A stretch of DNA of 64,000 nucleotides, taken from contig JAJYUA010000013.1 in the NCBI GenBank assembly GCA_021792755.1, positions 12,624-76,623 of the forward strand. Direction: 5' to 3'. Positions within the stretch are counted from its first letter, which is position 1. Every line of letters starts with the position of its first letter. The DNA comes from Pseudomonadota bacterium (lineage in GTDB: Bacteria > Pseudomonadota > Gammaproteobacteria > Steroidobacterales > Steroidobacteraceae). The notes below the pieces were generated by a model. It saw only the letters and a list, made by a program, of their open reading frames with translations. It made no database searches and was not told where the DNA came from. Below, piece after piece: positions 9,770-20,459 of the stretch. Both the position numbers and the translations under genes were made by a program.

Positions 9770-10969
9770 CTAGATGTACTTGAACAGCGTCAGGGACATC
9801 ATCGAGGCGTAGGACGCCTGGGCGGCCTGCAGGGCGAGCTCCTCGGTGGACAGCTGCGTGGTGGCCTTGGCGTAGTCCACGTTCGAGAGCTGTGAGACGG
9901 CGGTCTGGTAATCGGTCTGCTGGCTCTGCGCGGCCGTCTGCGCGGTGCTGACCGCATTGATCCGGGCGCCGACCGAGGCCTGCACCAGGTCGAGGTGATT
10001 GATCGCGCCGCTGACCTGCTCCAGAGCCTGGTTGAGACGGGTGGCGATCTGCGCCGCACTGAGGGTGGTGGAATTCAAGGTTGAGATCAGCCCCGAGATC
10101 GTCGAGAACACGCTGGCCGTGCCGGCGGGGGCCACGGTGAAGGAGTCGCCGCTGTTCGGGGTGCCGCTGAGCGTGACCTGGATGCCGTTGAAAGCAATGG
10201 TGCTCGTGGCCCCGGAGCCGCCCGAAAGGGTGCCGGAGGCGACCGGGACGCCGGTCTTCTGGTCGGTGATCGTGTATTGCGTGGCGCTGCTGAATGAGAT
10301 CGTGTAGGGGTCCGCAACCCACTGGGACGCATCGGTGACGGTGCCGGGACCGATGGAGGCGGTGCCGGTATTGGCGCTCGAGGCCGCCGTGGTGAAGGTG
10401 CCGTTGCCGGCCGGGGTGCTCATGAACACCGAGCTGCCGGTGTCGCCGCTGGAGATGCTCTGCTCGGCGCTGAGCTGCACCCGGCTCACTTCGCTCGCGC
10501 CCGCATAGGCGACCGAGTTGCCGCTCTGGGAGAACGGCTGCGTGCCGGCGGCATAGCCGCTGAAGAGGTAATTGCCCTGGCCGTCCTGGCTGTTGGCGAT
10601 GCCGACCAGCTGCTGCAGCTGCTGCTCGAGCTGGGTGGCGATGTTCTGCCGGTCGGTCGCGGTCAGCGCCGAATTGTTGCCCTGGATGGCGGCGTCGCGC
10701 ACGCTCTGCAGCACGTTGGTTGCGTCGGTGAGCGCCTGCGCCTCGAGGTTGAGGTTCGTGCTCGCCAGGTTTCCGTTCGTGACATATTGCTTGGAGGCGG
10801 AAAGATCGGTGTTGAGCGCATCGACCTGGGTCATGGCGACCGGATTGTCGGCGGCGTTCTGCAGCTTCAGGCCCGTGGACAGCTCGGTCTGCGTCTGCGA
10901 CATCGCCTGCTGCAGCGCGTCCATCTGGTCGGTGGCGTTCATCTGGAACGAGAGCGTGGAGATGGTCAC
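9770..10969 (-). CDS. flgL: Hook-filament junction protein FlgL (HAP3)
   Basis: 399 aa with a GTG start. Flagellin-like termini: ..LSTGLKLQNAADNPVAMTQ.. and ..SQLSNVDYAKATTQLSTEELALQAAQASYA. Directly follows flgK. Confidence 0.92.
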   Translation of the reverse strand: MTISTLSFQMNATDQMDALQQAMSQTQTELSTGLKLQNAADNPVAMTQVDALNTDLSASKQYVTNGNLASTNLNLEAQALTDATNVLQSVRDAAIQGNNSALTATDRQNIATQLEQQLQQLVGIANSQDGQGNYLFSGYAAGTQPFSQSGNSVAYAGASEVSRVQLSAEQSISSGDTGSSVFMSTPAGNGTFTTAASSANTGTASIGPGTVTDASQWVADPYTISFSSATQYTITDQKTGVPVASGTLSGGSGATSTIAFNGIQVTLSGTPNSGDSFTVAPAGTASVFSTISGLISTLNSTTLSAAQIATRLNQALEQVSGAINHLDLVQASVGARINAVSTAQTAAQSQQTDYQTAVSQLSNVDYAKATTQLSTEELALQAAQASYASMMSLTLFKYI

Positions 10970-10971
10970 GG

Positions 10972-12873
10972 CTAGCCTACCGCCTGGATGAGAGAGGTGA
11001 ACATGGTGTTCGACATGGAAATCACCTGCGCCATGGCCTGGTAGGCCTGCTGGTAGCGCAGCAGGTCCGCCGCCTGCTGGTCGAGGTTCACGCCGGTGGC
11101 GTTGCTGCGGGCGGTGGTGGCCTCCTGGTTGACCGTCTTTTGCACGGAGGCGTTGTTCTGCGCGGACTGGGTGAGGACCCCGACCTGGCTCACCAGGTTG
11201 TTGGCCGCATCGCTCACCGAGGCGGTGCCGCCATCGAGCGCCTTGGAGGACAGCCCGTTGATCATGGCGAGTACGTTGCTGTTGTCGCCGGTATTGGCGG
11301 CGTTGTTGCGGCTCACCGTGAACGTGTCGCCCGCCGCCGGCGTGCCGGTGAGGGTGAGCTGCTGGTTGCCGAAGGTGATCGGGGTGCCGCTCGCGTACGT
11401 GCCGGAGGCCACCGGGGTGGTGACGCCGCTCTCCGTGACGGTGTACTGCGTCGGCGTGGTGAAGGTCACCGTGTAGGTGTTACCCTGGTAATTCGCCGGG
11501 TTCGTCACAGAGACCGAGCTCACCACCGCACTGCCGGTATTGGATGCGCCGGGGCTCGCCTGCGCCAGGGAAGCCGCGGCCACCTGCGCCGGGTTGGTGA
11601 GCAGCATGCTGAAGCCGGCGGTCGCGCCGGCGGTCGGCTCGATGAGAAAGCTGTCGTTGGCGGCCGGCGTGCCGGCCACCGTGAGGGACATGCCGGCCGC
11701 CGTGAACGGGCTTGCCGTGGTGCCGTTGCCGAGCATGGCGACCTGCTGGCCGGTGGACAGGTCGGTGAGCTGCCAGCTGCCGCCGGAGTACTTCAGCTCG
11801 TAGTTGTCGTTGGTCAACTGACCGAGCGAAGCTCGGCTCGCGCTCACCGCGGCGGTGCCGGTGTTGCCGGAGTCCGGCAGCACCTGCACCCCGCCGACGC
11901 TGAACATCGGCTGGCCGGCGGTGCCGGTGAGCGTCATGCCGCTTGTCTGCTGCTGGTTGATCAGGGTCGCGACCGCGACGCTGATGCGCCCGAGTGCGTT
12001 CTGAGTCGGATTGAGCACCTGACTGCGTGCGCTCAGCAGGCCGCCGAGCTCGCCGCCGCTCAACTCGCCGGTGAGATTGGTGACTCCCCCGGCGCTCTTG
12101 ATGCCGACGTCGAGCTGGGTCCGGTCGTAGGCCCCGGGCAGGGTGGTGAGCTGCTGCGCGACGGCGCCCGAGACGAGCGCCTGGCCGCTGCCGATGTAGA
12201 CGGCCGTCGAGCCGTTTGACTGCGGCACGGTCTGCACCGAGATGTATTGGCTCAGCTGGTCGATGAGCGTGCCGCGCTGGTCGAGGAGCTGATTGGGAGT
12301 CTGGCCGTTGGCGCTCGCCGCGGCGATCTGCTGGTTGAGGTTGGCGATATTGGTCGCCAGGGTGTTGATCTGCGAGACGTCGCTGGTGATTTGCGACTCG
12401 AGCTGCGAGCCGTACTGGCCGATCTGCGTATCGTAGGAGTTCAGCTGCTGGGCGAGCGCCTGGCCCTGACTGATGAGCGCCTGGCGCGCCGAGGTCGAGG
12501 CGGGGGAGGTCGACACCGACTGCAGGGCGTTGGCGAAGCCTTGCAGGCCGGCCGAGAGCCCGGTGGTCGAGTCGCTCAGCATGTTGTCGATCTGCTGAGC
12601 CTGGGCGGCGAGCGTATTGTAGCTCGAATAGCTCGATTGCGAGGTGCGCACCTGCTGCGTGAGCTGCGCGCTGTAGGCCCGCGTGACGCTCTGCACCTCG
12701 ACGCCGCTGCCGATATAGCCCGAGCCGGTGAATTGCCCGGGCTGCTCGGCGAGGTTGGCGGTCTCGACGCTGTAGCCGGTCGTGGCCGCATTGGAGATAT
12801 TGTTGCTGGTGACGTCGAGGGCCTGCTGGAACGCGAGCAGGCCGGAGACGCTGGTTGAAAGCAGGTCAGCCAT
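10972..12873 (-). CDS. flgK: Hook-filament junction protein FlgK (HAP1)
   Basis: 633 aa. MADLLSTSVSGLLAFQQALDVTSNNISNAATTGYS and the C-terminus ..GVNLDQQAADLLRYQQAYQAMAQVISM are typical of FlgK. Confidence 0.95.
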   Translation of the reverse strand: MADLLSTSVSGLLAFQQALDVTSNNISNAATTGYSVETANLAEQPGQFTGSGYIGSGVEVQSVTRAYSAQLTQQVRTSQSSYSSYNTLAAQAQQIDNMLSDSTTGLSAGLQGFANALQSVSTSPASTSARQALISQGQALAQQLNSYDTQIGQYGSQLESQITSDVSQINTLATNIANLNQQIAAASANGQTPNQLLDQRGTLIDQLSQYISVQTVPQSNGSTAVYIGSGQALVSGAVAQQLTTLPGAYDRTQLDVGIKSAGGVTNLTGELSGGELGGLLSARSQVLNPTQNALGRISVAVATLINQQQTSGMTLTGTAGQPMFSVGGVQVLPDSGNTGTAAVSASRASLGQLTNDNYELKYSGGSWQLTDLSTGQQVAMLGNGTTASPFTAAGMSLTVAGTPAANDSFLIEPTAGATAGFSMLLTNPAQVAAASLAQASPGASNTGSAVVSSVSVTNPANYQGNTYTVTFTTPTQYTVTESGVTTPVASGTYASGTPITFGNQQLTLTGTPAAGDTFTVSRNNAANTGDNSNVLAMINGLSSKALDGGTASVSDAANNLVSQVGVLTQSAQNNASVQKTVNQEATTARSNATGVNLDQQAADLLRYQQAYQAMAQVISMSNTMFTSLIQAVG

Positions 12874-12885
12874 GCTTCACGGCCC

Positions 12886-13893
12886 TCAGAGCGCACTACT
12901 ACCGGCAGTTATCGGCGCGCCGGGCGCAAGCTTTAGCGGCCCGGGGGCGGCCTGGGCGGCGAGGGTACGGCTCAGCGTGTCGGCGACCGCGGTGAGCTTA
13001 CGGGCATAATTCGGGTCGGTCGCGTAGCCGGCCTGCTGCAGCGCGGAGGCGAACGCGCCCACATCATTGCCGGTTCCGAGCGCGGCGGCATAGCGGGGGT
13101 CGCCGCTGAGCAGCGCCGTGTAGTCCTGGAAGCACTGCCCGCAGCTGCCGTAGGCGCGAAACCTCGCCTGGGTCGCGGTGGCCGCGCCGTTGACATATTC
13201 TTGCGTGCCGCTGCGCACGCTCGGACCGCTCCAGCCTCCGCTCGCCTTGATGCCGAATAAATTGTTGCTGCTCGCCCCGCTCGGGGTGCGCGGCGTGCTG
13301 CGTCCCCAATCGGTCTCGAGCGCGGCCTGGGCAATGAGACTCACGGGACTCACGCCCAATCGACGCGACGCTCGCTCGGCCTCCGACCACAGCGAGCGGG
13401 CGAAGGCGGTCTGCTGCGAAGGACTCACTGCGCCAGCGGCAGTCGCGGTGGCGGCCGATGCGCCCGCCGCCACCGGAGCGGTGGCGTCCCGGGCGGCCGT
13501 GGCGGCCGTGGCGGCCGTGGCGGTGCCGGCGGCCCCGATCGCCCCGGAGCGCGCCGGGCCGGAGCCAAAGGCGCCCGCCGCGGCGCCCGTCCACTGCCGG
13601 CGCAGCTGCTGCACCAGCATCTCGGCAAGCCCAAAGGTGTGCGTCTTGCTCATCTGCATCGACAGTTGCTGGTCGTAGAGGTCCTGATACAGGCGCTGCT
13701 GGGAGGAGCCGAACAGCGGATCCTTGAAGTTCGCCGCCTGGGCGCTCTTCAGCATCATGTCCAGAAACAAGCTCTCGAACTGCTGTGCCGCGGCCCGCAG
13801 TGCCTGCGGGTCGTGCGCGGCCGCCTCGCGCTTGAGGTTCGCGAGAGACTGGGCATCGGCGAACAGGCCAGGATCTGCGACAGGCAGGCTCAT
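12886..13893 (-). CDS. flgJ: Flagellar rod-assembly protein / peptidoglycan hydrolase FlgJ
   Basis: N-terminal rod-binding region ..[19 protein letters not shown]-terminal glucosaminidase ..[31 protein letters not shown]. An Ala/Thr-rich linker joins them. The start overlaps the flgI stop (ATGA). Confidence 0.93.
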   Translation of the reverse strand: MSLPVADPGLFADAQSLANLKREAAAHDPQALRAAAQQFESLFLDMMLKSAQAANFKDPLFGSSQQRLYQDLYDQQLSMQMSKTHTFGLAEMLVQQLRRQWTGAAAGAFGSGPARSGAIGAAGTATAATAATAARDATAPVAAGASAATATAAGAVSPSQQTAFARSLWSEAERASRRLGVSPVSLIAQAALETDWGRSTPRTPSGASSNNLFGIKASGGWSGPSVRSGTQEYVNGAATATQARFRAYGSCGQCFQDYTALLSGDPRYAAALGTGNDVGAFASALQQAGYATDPNYARKLTAVADTLSRTLAAQAAPGPLKLAPGAPITAGSSAL

Positions 13894-15041
13894 ATGACGA
13901 TCAGCTGCGCGTGCAGCGCGCCGGCCTCCTTCAGAGCCTCGAGAATGGCCACCAGGTCGCTCGGGGTGGCGCCCACGGAGTTCACCGCCCGCACGATCTG
14001 ATTGAGATTGACGCCGGCGGGGAACTTGAACATGTGCGCCTTCTGCTGCCGGACGTTGATCGAGCTGTGCGGCAGCACCACGGTGCGGCCCGCCGAGAAC
14101 GGATTAGGCTGACTGGCGCCGTAACGCTCGGTGATCGTGACCGACAGCGAGCCGCTCGACACCGCCGCGGGCATCACTCTCACCTGCGAGCTGATCACCA
14201 CCGTGCCGGTGCGGGAATTGATGATCACCCGCGCCGGCGGCGTGCCCGGCTTGACGTTGAGGCTGCGCAGCGCGGCCACGTAAGCGGTGCGCTGACTGGG
14301 CTGCATCGGCGCGCGCACGCGCACGGAGACCGCGTTGAGCGCCTCGGCGGTTCCCCTGCCGAAGGTCTTGTTGATGACCTGGGTCAGCCGCGTCGCGGTG
14401 GTGAAGCTCGGCGTATCGAGGTTGAGCGTCACGTACGGCCGGCTGTCGAAATCCGTCGGCACGGAGCGCTCCACGGTCGCCCCGTTGGGGATGTTGCCGC
14501 TGCTCGGGATGTTGACGGTGACGCTCGAGCCGTCGGCTCCCCGCACGCCGAAGCCGTTCACGAGCACGCTTCCCTGGGCCATCGCGTACACCTGGCCGTC
14601 GGCGCCGCGCAGCGGTGTCATGAGCAGGCTGCCGCCGCGCAGGCTGGTGGCGTTGCCGATCGAGGAGACCGTGACGTTGATGGTCTGGCCGGGCTGGGCG
14701 AACGGCGGCAGCGTCGCGTGCACCGTGACCGCCGCCACGTTCTTCAGCTGCGGGTTGCTGTTGGGCGGAACCAGCACGCCGAACTTGGCGAGCATGTTCT
14801 CGATGCTGGTGATCGTGAACGGGGTCTGCGTAGTCTGATCGCCCGTGCCGTCGAGGCCGACGACCAGGCCGTAGCCGACCAGCTGGTTGCCGCGCACTCC
14901 GGCCACGGTGACCAGGTCCTGGACGCGCTCGGCACGCGCCGGGCCGCAGGCGACCAGCAGCGAGAGCAGGCTGAGCAGCAGGTAGGCGGAAAACAGTCGT
15001 CGGTGCTCGCTGCGATGCCGCTTGGCTGAAGAATAGCTCAC
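13890..15041 (-). CDS. flgI: Flagellar P-ring protein FlgI
   Basis: The track ORF 13890..15671 over-extends across flgH. I place the start at the GTG at 15041, which has an AGGAG Shine-Dalgarno 5 nt upstream. It has a signal peptide ..[17 protein letters not shown] followed by [32 protein letters not shown]. Confidence 0.93.
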   Translation of the reverse strand: MSYSSAKRHRSEHRRLFSAYLLLSLLSLLVACGPARAERVQDLVTVAGVRGNQLVGYGLVVGLDGTGDQTTQTPFTITSIENMLAKFGVLVPPNSNPQLKNVAAVTVHATLPPFAQPGQTINVTVSSIGNATSLRGGSLLMTPLRGADGQVYAMAQGSVLVNGFGVRGADGSSVTVNIPSSGNIPNGATVERSVPTDFDSRPYVTLNLDTPSFTTATRLTQVINKTFGRGTAEALNAVSVRVRAPMQPSQRTAYVAALRSLNVKPGTPPARVIINSRTGTVVISSQVRVMPAAVSSGSLSVTITERYGASQPNPFSAGRTVVLPHSSINVRQQKAHMFKFPAGVNLNQIVRAVNSVGATPSDLVAILEALKEAGALHAQLIVI

Positions 15042-15052
15042 ATCTGCTCCTG

Positions 15053-15751
15053 TCAGAACGGCAGCCAGGAAAAGTTGAAGAAGCGCGACAGCAGGCCGGG
15101 CTCGTTGGCGTCGTTGAGCGCTCCGCTCTGCCCATAGGCGATTTGCGCGTCGGCCACCTGCTGCGAGGAGATGGTGTTCTGCGGGGAGATGTCGATCGGG
15201 CGGATGACGCCCTGGAGGCGGACATACTCCTCGGCCTGGTTGAGCTGCATCATGGTCTGGCCGCGGACCACGAGATCGCCGTTCGCCAGCCGTTTGATGA
15301 CCGTGACCTGGATGGCGCCGACCAGACTGTCGCTCTGGCTGCTGCCGCCGGCGCCGCTGAACGTATTGGCGTCGTTGACGTTCGCGCCCAGGACCTGGTT
15401 GCCGTGAAAGGTCAACGGGATGCCGAGCAGCGACGGCACGGACAGGGAATCCTTGGTCGCCTTGGAATCGGCGGTCGCCGACTTGTTCTGCGCGGTGGTC
15501 GATTCGTCGAGCAGAACCGTGACGGTATCGCCGACGTTGTGCGCGATCGGGTCCCCGAACAGCCCGCCGGAGTCGTATCCGGCGTGATAGATGGCGCCGT
15601 TCACCGGCGGCTGCGGCATCGCCGGCACGCTGAAGGCCTGATCGTAGCGCGGCTGGCGCACGCTCGCGCATGCGCCGAGCAGCGCGGCGAGCGGCGCCAA
15701 CGCCAGGACGCGCAGCCGGATGCGATGCCTTAAGTTCACGCTGTTTCTCAC
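15053..15751 (-). CDS. flgH: Flagellar L-ring lipoprotein FlgH
   Basis: 232 aa. Lipobox LLGAC near the N-terminus. ..[18 protein letters not shown].. and ..[29 protein letters not shown] are typical of FlgH. Confidence 0.95.
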   Translation of the reverse strand: MRNSVNLRHRIRLRVLALAPLAALLGACASVRQPRYDQAFSVPAMPQPPVNGAIYHAGYDSGGLFGDPIAHNVGDTVTVLLDESTTAQNKSATADSKATKDSLSVPSLLGIPLTFHGNQVLGANVNDANTFSGAGGSSQSDSLVGAIQVTVIKRLANGDLVVRGQTMMQLNQAEEYVRLQGVIRPIDISPQNTISSQQVADAQIAYGQSGALNDANEPGLLSRFFNFSWLPF

Positions 15752-16533
15752 ATGTTCTGCGTGGCGTACTGCAGCATCTGCGACACGGTCGAGATCGCCT
15801 TGGTGTTCATCTCGTAGGCGCGCTGCGTCTCGATCATGTCCACCAGCGACTCCACCACGTTCACGTTGGACGCCTCGAGCTCTCCCTGGCCGACGGTGCC
15901 GAGGCCGTTGGTGCCCGGGGTGCCGGTTTGCGGCGAGCCGCTCGCCGCCGACTGAAGCAGCAGGTTGTTGCCCATGGGCTGCAGGCCCGTCGGGTTGATG
16001 AAATTGGCGAGCTGGATCTGCCCGATCTGCGTCGGGGCGGTCTGGCCGGGCAGCGTCACGCTCACGGTGCCGTCGGTGCCGATGGTGACGCTCTGCGCGC
16101 CCTGCGGAAGGGTGATCCCGGGTTGCAACACGTAGCCGCTTGCCGTGACCAGCTGGCCCTGGGAGTCGACCTGGAAGGTTCCGTCACGGGTGTACGCCAG
16201 GGTGCCGTCGGGCATCTGGATCTGGAAGAACCCCTGGCCCTGAATGGCCATGTCGAGCGGATTGCCCGTCTGGGTGAGGCTTCCCTGGCTGTAGTTCTTC
16301 TCGGTGGCGACCAGCCGCACGCCGGTGCCGATCGACAGTCCCGAGGGCGACTGGGTCGACTGGGTGGTGTCGGCCCCCACCTGTCCCCTGTTCTGGTAGA
16401 GCAGATCCTCGAAAACGGCGCGATCGCGCTTGAAACCCGTGGTGTTGACGTTCGCCAGGTTGTTGGCGATGATCGACATCTCGGTGTTTTGGGCATCGAG
16501 GCCGGTTTTGGCGGCCCACAAAGCTGTGTCCAT
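15748..16533 (-). CDS. flgG: Distal rod protein FlgG
   Basis: 261 aa. [38 protein letters not shown] and the C-terminus ..[31 protein letters not shown]. Confidence 0.96.
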   Translation of the reverse strand: MDTALWAAKTGLDAQNTEMSIIANNLANVNTTGFKRDRAVFEDLLYQNRGQVGADTTQSTQSPSGLSIGTGVRLVATEKNYSQGSLTQTGNPLDMAIQGQGFFQIQMPDGTLAYTRDGTFQVDSQGQLVTASGYVLQPGITLPQGAQSVTIGTDGTVSVTLPGQTAPTQIGQIQLANFINPTGLQPMGNNLLLQSAASGSPQTGTPGTNGLGTVGQGELEASNVNVVESLVDMIETQRAYEMNTKAISTVSQMLQYATQNM

Positions 16534-16559
16534 AAATTTACCCTCGTGCTATCGCCACG

Positions 16560-17300
16560 TCAGCCGGGCTGCAGCAGCTGGCTGGAGGCGGCGGAATTGG
16601 TCTTGTCGGCGTGCATGACCTTCACCTGCAGATCGAAGCTGCGGGCAAGATCGATCATGTTGACCATCGCATCGGCCACATCGACGTTGCTCGACTCGAG
16701 CACCCCGGAGGCGAGCCGCACCGAGGCGTCCGCCGGCGCCGCCTTGCCGCTCGCCGTGACGAACAGGCCGTCGGGGGCCCGGATCAGGCTGGAGGCGGGC
16801 GGATTGACCAGCTTGATGCGCCCGACGCTCACCAGCGTGTTGGGGGTCTGGCCGAGCGGCACGGCCGAGACCGTGCCGTCCGATCCGATCCTGATCGAGG
16901 TGCTCGGCGGCACGCTGATCGGGCCGTTGTCGCCGAGCACCAGCTGCCCGGTGCTGGTCACGAGCATGCCGCTCGCCTCGAGGTGCAGGTCGCCGTTGCG
17001 CGTGTAGGCCTCTCCGCCGTTCGGGCCCTGCACGGCGATGAACCCGCGGCCCTGGACGGCCACATCGAGCGGCCGGCCGGTGGTGATCATCGGCCCGGGC
17101 GCGCTGTTCCAGCCGGTGGTGTTGCTGGTCGCGTACACCCGCGAGGCATAGCCGCTGCCGTCGACCGCCCGGCTCTGGAAGGCGGACAGCTCGGCCTTGA
17201 AGCCGGTGGTGTCGACGTTCGCCAGGTTGAAGTTGTTGACGGCCTGGGCGTTCAGGATCTCCTGAGCGCCGGTCATGGCCACGTACAGCGACTTGTTCAC
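16560..17300 (-). CDS. flgF: Proximal rod protein FlgF
   Basis: 246 aa. MNKSLYVAMTGAQEILNAQAVNNFNLANVDTTGFK.. and ..LESSNVDVADAMVNMIDLARSFDLQVK. Confidence 0.93.
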   Translation of the reverse strand: MNKSLYVAMTGAQEILNAQAVNNFNLANVDTTGFKAELSAFQSRAVDGSGYASRVYATSNTTGWNSAPGPMITTGRPLDVAVQGRGFIAVQGPNGGEAYTRNGDLHLEASGMLVTSTGQLVLGDNGPISVPPSTSIRIGSDGTVSAVPLGQTPNTLVSVGRIKLVNPPASSLIRAPDGLFVTASGKAAPADASVRLASGVLESSNVDVADAMVNMIDLARSFDLQVKVMHADKTNSAASSQLLQPG

Positions 17301-17325
17301 GTGCGTCTCCCGGTCGAGCGCCGCA

Positions 17326-18540
17326 TCAGGCTCTCAGGACGGCCTGCGTGTCCTGATTGGCCGTGGTGATCACCTGGGTGTTCGCCTGGAAGTCGCGGCT
17401 CGCGGTGATCATGTTCACCAGCTGCGCGGTCAGGTTGACGTTCGACTGCTCGAGCGCGCCGGACTGGATGGTGCCGAAGCCGGAGCCGCCGGCCACGCCG
17501 TGCACCGCCGCGCCGGAGGCGAACGTTTCCTGCCACTGCGTGTTGCCGGTCTGCGCCAGGCCCTGGGGGTTCTCGAAGTTCGCGAGCGCCACCTGTCCCA
17601 GGGTCTTTGACTGGCCGTTGGTGAAGTTCGCCTGCACGACGCCGCTCTGGCTGATGCTGACGCCGGTGAGATTGCCGGTGGTGTAGCCGTTCTGCGCGAT
17701 GGCATTGACGCCGAAGCTGTCGCCGTACTGGGTGGAGGCGCCGAAGTTGAACGCGATGTTCATCTGGGCGGCGCCGGTCGAGGGCGTGTAGGGGCCGAAG
17801 TTCACCTGTCCGTTGGCGGGCGAGGTGAGCGTTCCGGAGCTGGAATAGGTCAGGGTCTGCGGCGTGCCGGCCGCATTGCCGTCGACGTACAGGTGCGCGG
17901 TCCAGGTGTTCGCCGCCGCGCCCTTGACGAAGTAGATCTGGGCGGTGTGCGCGGCGCCGAGGGAGTCGTACACCGTGAGCGAGGTGGTGTTGTTGTAGCT
18001 GGTCGAGTCGGTCGGGCTGAAGGTGGTGGTGGCGGGCTGGGTGGCGTTCGACGGCAGGTTCAAGGTCACGTTCGCCGTGGTGGTGGCCTGGGGGGCCACT
18101 TCGGAGGTCGAGAGCTGCAGGTCGGAAAGCCCGCCGGTATTGAATCCGCCGTTGCTGAGCGGCGAGTACCCCTGGACGCGATCGCCGGAGGCGGTGACCA
18201 GGTAGCCGTTGGAGTTGACCTGGAAGGCGCCGTTGCGGGTGTAGGCGAGGGAGCCGTTGTTGCTCACGATGAAGAAGCCGTTGCCGCTCAAGGCGAGGTC
18301 GAGGTTGTTCGAGGTGGAGTTGATGTTGCCCTGGGAGAACTGCTGGGCGATCTCGGAGGTGGCGACGCCGTTGCCGATGGCGGTCTGCGAGACCCCTTGC
18401 TGGGTCTGGGCGAACAGGCTGGAGAATTCGGCGCGCGATTCCTTGAATCCCACGGTGTCCACGTTGGCGATGTTGTTCGCCGTGGTATTCAGGTCGGAAT
18501 TGGCCGCGTTGATCCCGGACAGGGCGAGTGCGAAAGGCAT
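17326..18540 (-). CDS. flgE: Flagellar hook protein FlgE
   Basis: 404 aa. ..SGINAANSDLNTTANNIANVDTVGFK.. and ..LEQSNVNLTAQLVNMITASRDFQANTQVITT. Confidence 0.95.
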   Translation of the reverse strand: MPFALALSGINAANSDLNTTANNIANVDTVGFKESRAEFSSLFAQTQQGVSQTAIGNGVATSEIAQQFSQGNINSTSNNLDLALSGNGFFIVSNNGSLAYTRNGAFQVNSNGYLVTASGDRVQGYSPLSNGGFNTGGLSDLQLSTSEVAPQATTTANVTLNLPSNATQPATTTFSPTDSTSYNNTTSLTVYDSLGAAHTAQIYFVKGAAANTWTAHLYVDGNAAGTPQTLTYSSSGTLTSPANGQVNFGPYTPSTGAAQMNIAFNFGASTQYGDSFGVNAIAQNGYTTGNLTGVSISQSGVVQANFTNGQSKTLGQVALANFENPQGLAQTGNTQWQETFASGAAVHGVAGGSGFGTIQSGALEQSNVNLTAQLVNMITASRDFQANTQVITTANQDTQAVLRA

Positions 18541-18552
18541 GGAGGACTCTCC

Positions 18553-19251
18553 TTACATGACCTGGCTGACGGAGCTCAGAGGCACCGGGCCGCCGTTGGT
18601 GTTGAGTGTCAGGCTGTTGCTGGTCGGATCGAACGTCACGCTGTTCACCTGGTAGGCCATCTGCGGGGTGAGCGCCGCCTGGGTTCCGCTGCCGTTGGCG
18701 GCCACGGAGAAGTTGTACACCCCGGCCGGCGCCGCGGCGCCGGAGGTCGTGGTGCCGTTCCAGGTAAACGGGGTGGTCGTGCCGGTGGCCGGTACCGAGA
18801 ACGTGTCGACCAGCTGGCCGCTCGCGTCGGTGACCTGCACGGTGAGCGAGCTGGTTCCGGCCGGCACGCTGACCGCGCCGGTGACGCTGCCGCCGGGGGC
18901 GAGGGCGGCGGAGCTGCCGGAGGCGATCACGGTGTGGCCGATGAGGTTGGTGCCGCTCAGCAGCTGCGCCGAGGACATGGAGCCGGTGAGGCTGCCGATC
19001 GAGTTGGAGATGTTGGTGATGCCGCTGACCTCGCTCAGGGCGGCGAATTCGTTGACGAACTGGCTGGGATTGGTCGGCTGCGTGGGGTCCTGGTTCTGCA
19101 ATTGCGTCGTCAGCAGCTGAAGGAAGTCGCTTTGGGTCAGGGCGAGGCCGCTGTTGGCGGCGCCCGCCGAGGAGCTGGAGGCGCTGCTCGCCGCCGCGGC
19201 GGCCGCGGCGGCGGTTTGAGCGGCGTATGAGGAGATGGAATTGTATGACAT
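18553..19251 (-). CDS. flgD: Hook capping/scaffold protein FlgD
   Basis: 232 aa. ..LTQSDFLQLLTTQLQNQDPTQPTNPSQFVNEFAALSEVSG.. is the FlgD signature. Confidence 0.93.
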   Translation of the reverse strand: MSYNSISSYAAQTAAAAAAAASSASSSSAGAANSGLALTQSDFLQLLTTQLQNQDPTQPTNPSQFVNEFAALSEVSGITNISNSIGSLTGSMSSAQLLSGTNLIGHTVIASGSSAALAPGGSVTGAVSVPAGTSSLTVQVTDASGQLVDTFSVPATGTTTPFTWNGTTTSGAAAPAGVYNFSVAANGSGTQAALTPQMAYQVNSVTFDPTSNSLTLNTNGGPVPLSSVSQVM

Positions 19252-19282
19252 GGAGTATGTCCGGGTGCGTTGGGCGTGGGGG

Positions 19283-19717
19283 TTATATCTGGCTGAGCTT
19301 CAGCGTGTCGATCATCAGGGTCTTGGTGGTGTTCATGACCTGGGCGTCGTTCTGGTAGGAGCGCGAGGCGGAGATCATGTCGACCATCTGCTGCACGACG
19401 TTCACGTTGGAGGAGAAGACGTAGCCCTGGGAGTTCGCCATCGGGTTGCCCGGCTCGTAGCGGGCGGTCGGCGCAGCGGTGCTCTGCACGATGCCGTCGA
19501 CCGCGACCGAGGCGTCCGCGCCCTGCATGGCCGGCGGCTGGCCGGGGTTGAGCGCGGCCTGCACGGCCTGGAACACGGGGTAGCGGGCCTTGTAGGCCGT
19601 GCTCGCGCTGCTGCTGACGCTGTCGGCGTTGGCGAGGTTGCTGGCGACGGTGTTCAGGCGTACCGACTCGGCGGACATGCCCGAGCCTGCTATGTCGAAG
19701 ATATTGAAGAATGCCAT
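19283..19717 (-). CDS. flgC: Proximal rod protein FlgC
   Basis: The track ORF 19283..20230 over-extends. I use the internal ATG at 19717: MAFFNIFDIAGSGMSAESVRLNTVASNLANADSV.. and ..VVQQMVDMISASRSYQNDAQVMNT. Confidence 0.95.
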   Translation of the reverse strand: MAFFNIFDIAGSGMSAESVRLNTVASNLANADSVSSSASTAYKARYPVFQAVQAALNPGQPPAMQGADASVAVDGIVQSTAAPTARYEPGNPMANSQGYVFSSNVNVVQQMVDMISASRSYQNDAQVMNTTKTLMIDTLKLSQI

Positions 19718-19749
19718 GGCGTGCCTGCTTGCGTGGGGTGGTGCGCGGC

Positions 19750-20187
19750 TTACTGGCCGGTGATGGCGGTTTTGAGCTCGGTGAAGCGCTGCTCGAGGAA
19801 CGCGAGGGCGGCCTGGAAGCGCACGGTGTTGCCGGCGAACTTGGCTTCCTCGAGCTGCGAGCTCACCGTGTTGCCGTCGAGCGAGGGCGCGAGCGGTATG
19901 CGGTATTTGAGGAATTGCGCGGTCGGGAGGGCGCCGCTTGAACCGGGGGCGGTGAGGTCGAGCGGGCTGGTCGTGTCCATCTGCACGGGGCCGGGACCGG
20001 GAACGGCGCCGGATGGGGCGCCGGCCGGGTCGGCGGCGGCGAGCGCTGCGCGGAAGTCGATGTCGCGCGCCTGGTATCCGGGGGTGTCGGCGTTGGCGAG
20101 GTTGGCCGCGAGCACCTCGGCGCGTTGCGAGTACACCTGCAGGGCATCCGGTTGGATGCCGAGATAGGCGTTGAGGTTGAGCGGCAT
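19750..20187 (-). CDS. flgB: Proximal rod protein FlgB
   Basis: The track ORF 19750..20343 was trimmed to the ATG at 20187: MPLNLNAYLGIQPDALQVYSQRAEVLAANLANADTPGYQARDIDF.. and ..NTVRFQAALAFLEQRF. Confidence 0.93.
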   Translation of the reverse strand: MPLNLNAYLGIQPDALQVYSQRAEVLAANLANADTPGYQARDIDFRAALAAADPAGAPSGAVPGPGPVQMDTTSPLDLTAPGSSGALPTAQFLKYRIPLAPSLDGNTVSSQLEEAKFAGNTVRFQAALAFLEQRFTELKTAITGQ

Positions 20188-20225
20188 GTCGGAAAACCGG
20201 CGGTAGTTGAGCCTGCCGGGATAGC

Positions 20226-20241
20226 AGCAAGAGGCGTGCCA
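20226..20241 (-). promoter_or_regulatory. sigma54 promoter of the flgB operon
   Basis: The minus strand reads TGGCACGCCTCTTGCT (TGGCAC-N5-TTGC, GG-N10-GC spacing exact). The element ends 39 nt upstream of the flgB ATG. Confidence 0.7.
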
Positions 20242-20459
20242 GGGCCGCCGTGTGGTGCTTTTCGGGCGCGGCCGGTCCGTGCGGCGGCTGGGAGTGTGAG
20301 CCGGATCACGTTGGGACGGCAAGCGGCTGCCGGGCAGCGGCACGGCGGCGGTTGCCGTGAGCGCCCCGCGGCCTGCAAGATCGCTCGCGGCGGCCGCGGG
20401 CGCGGCTCAGGAAGGAGAGTGCGCGCCGTGGCCGCGCGGCGGGCCGTGGGTCGCCGCGC

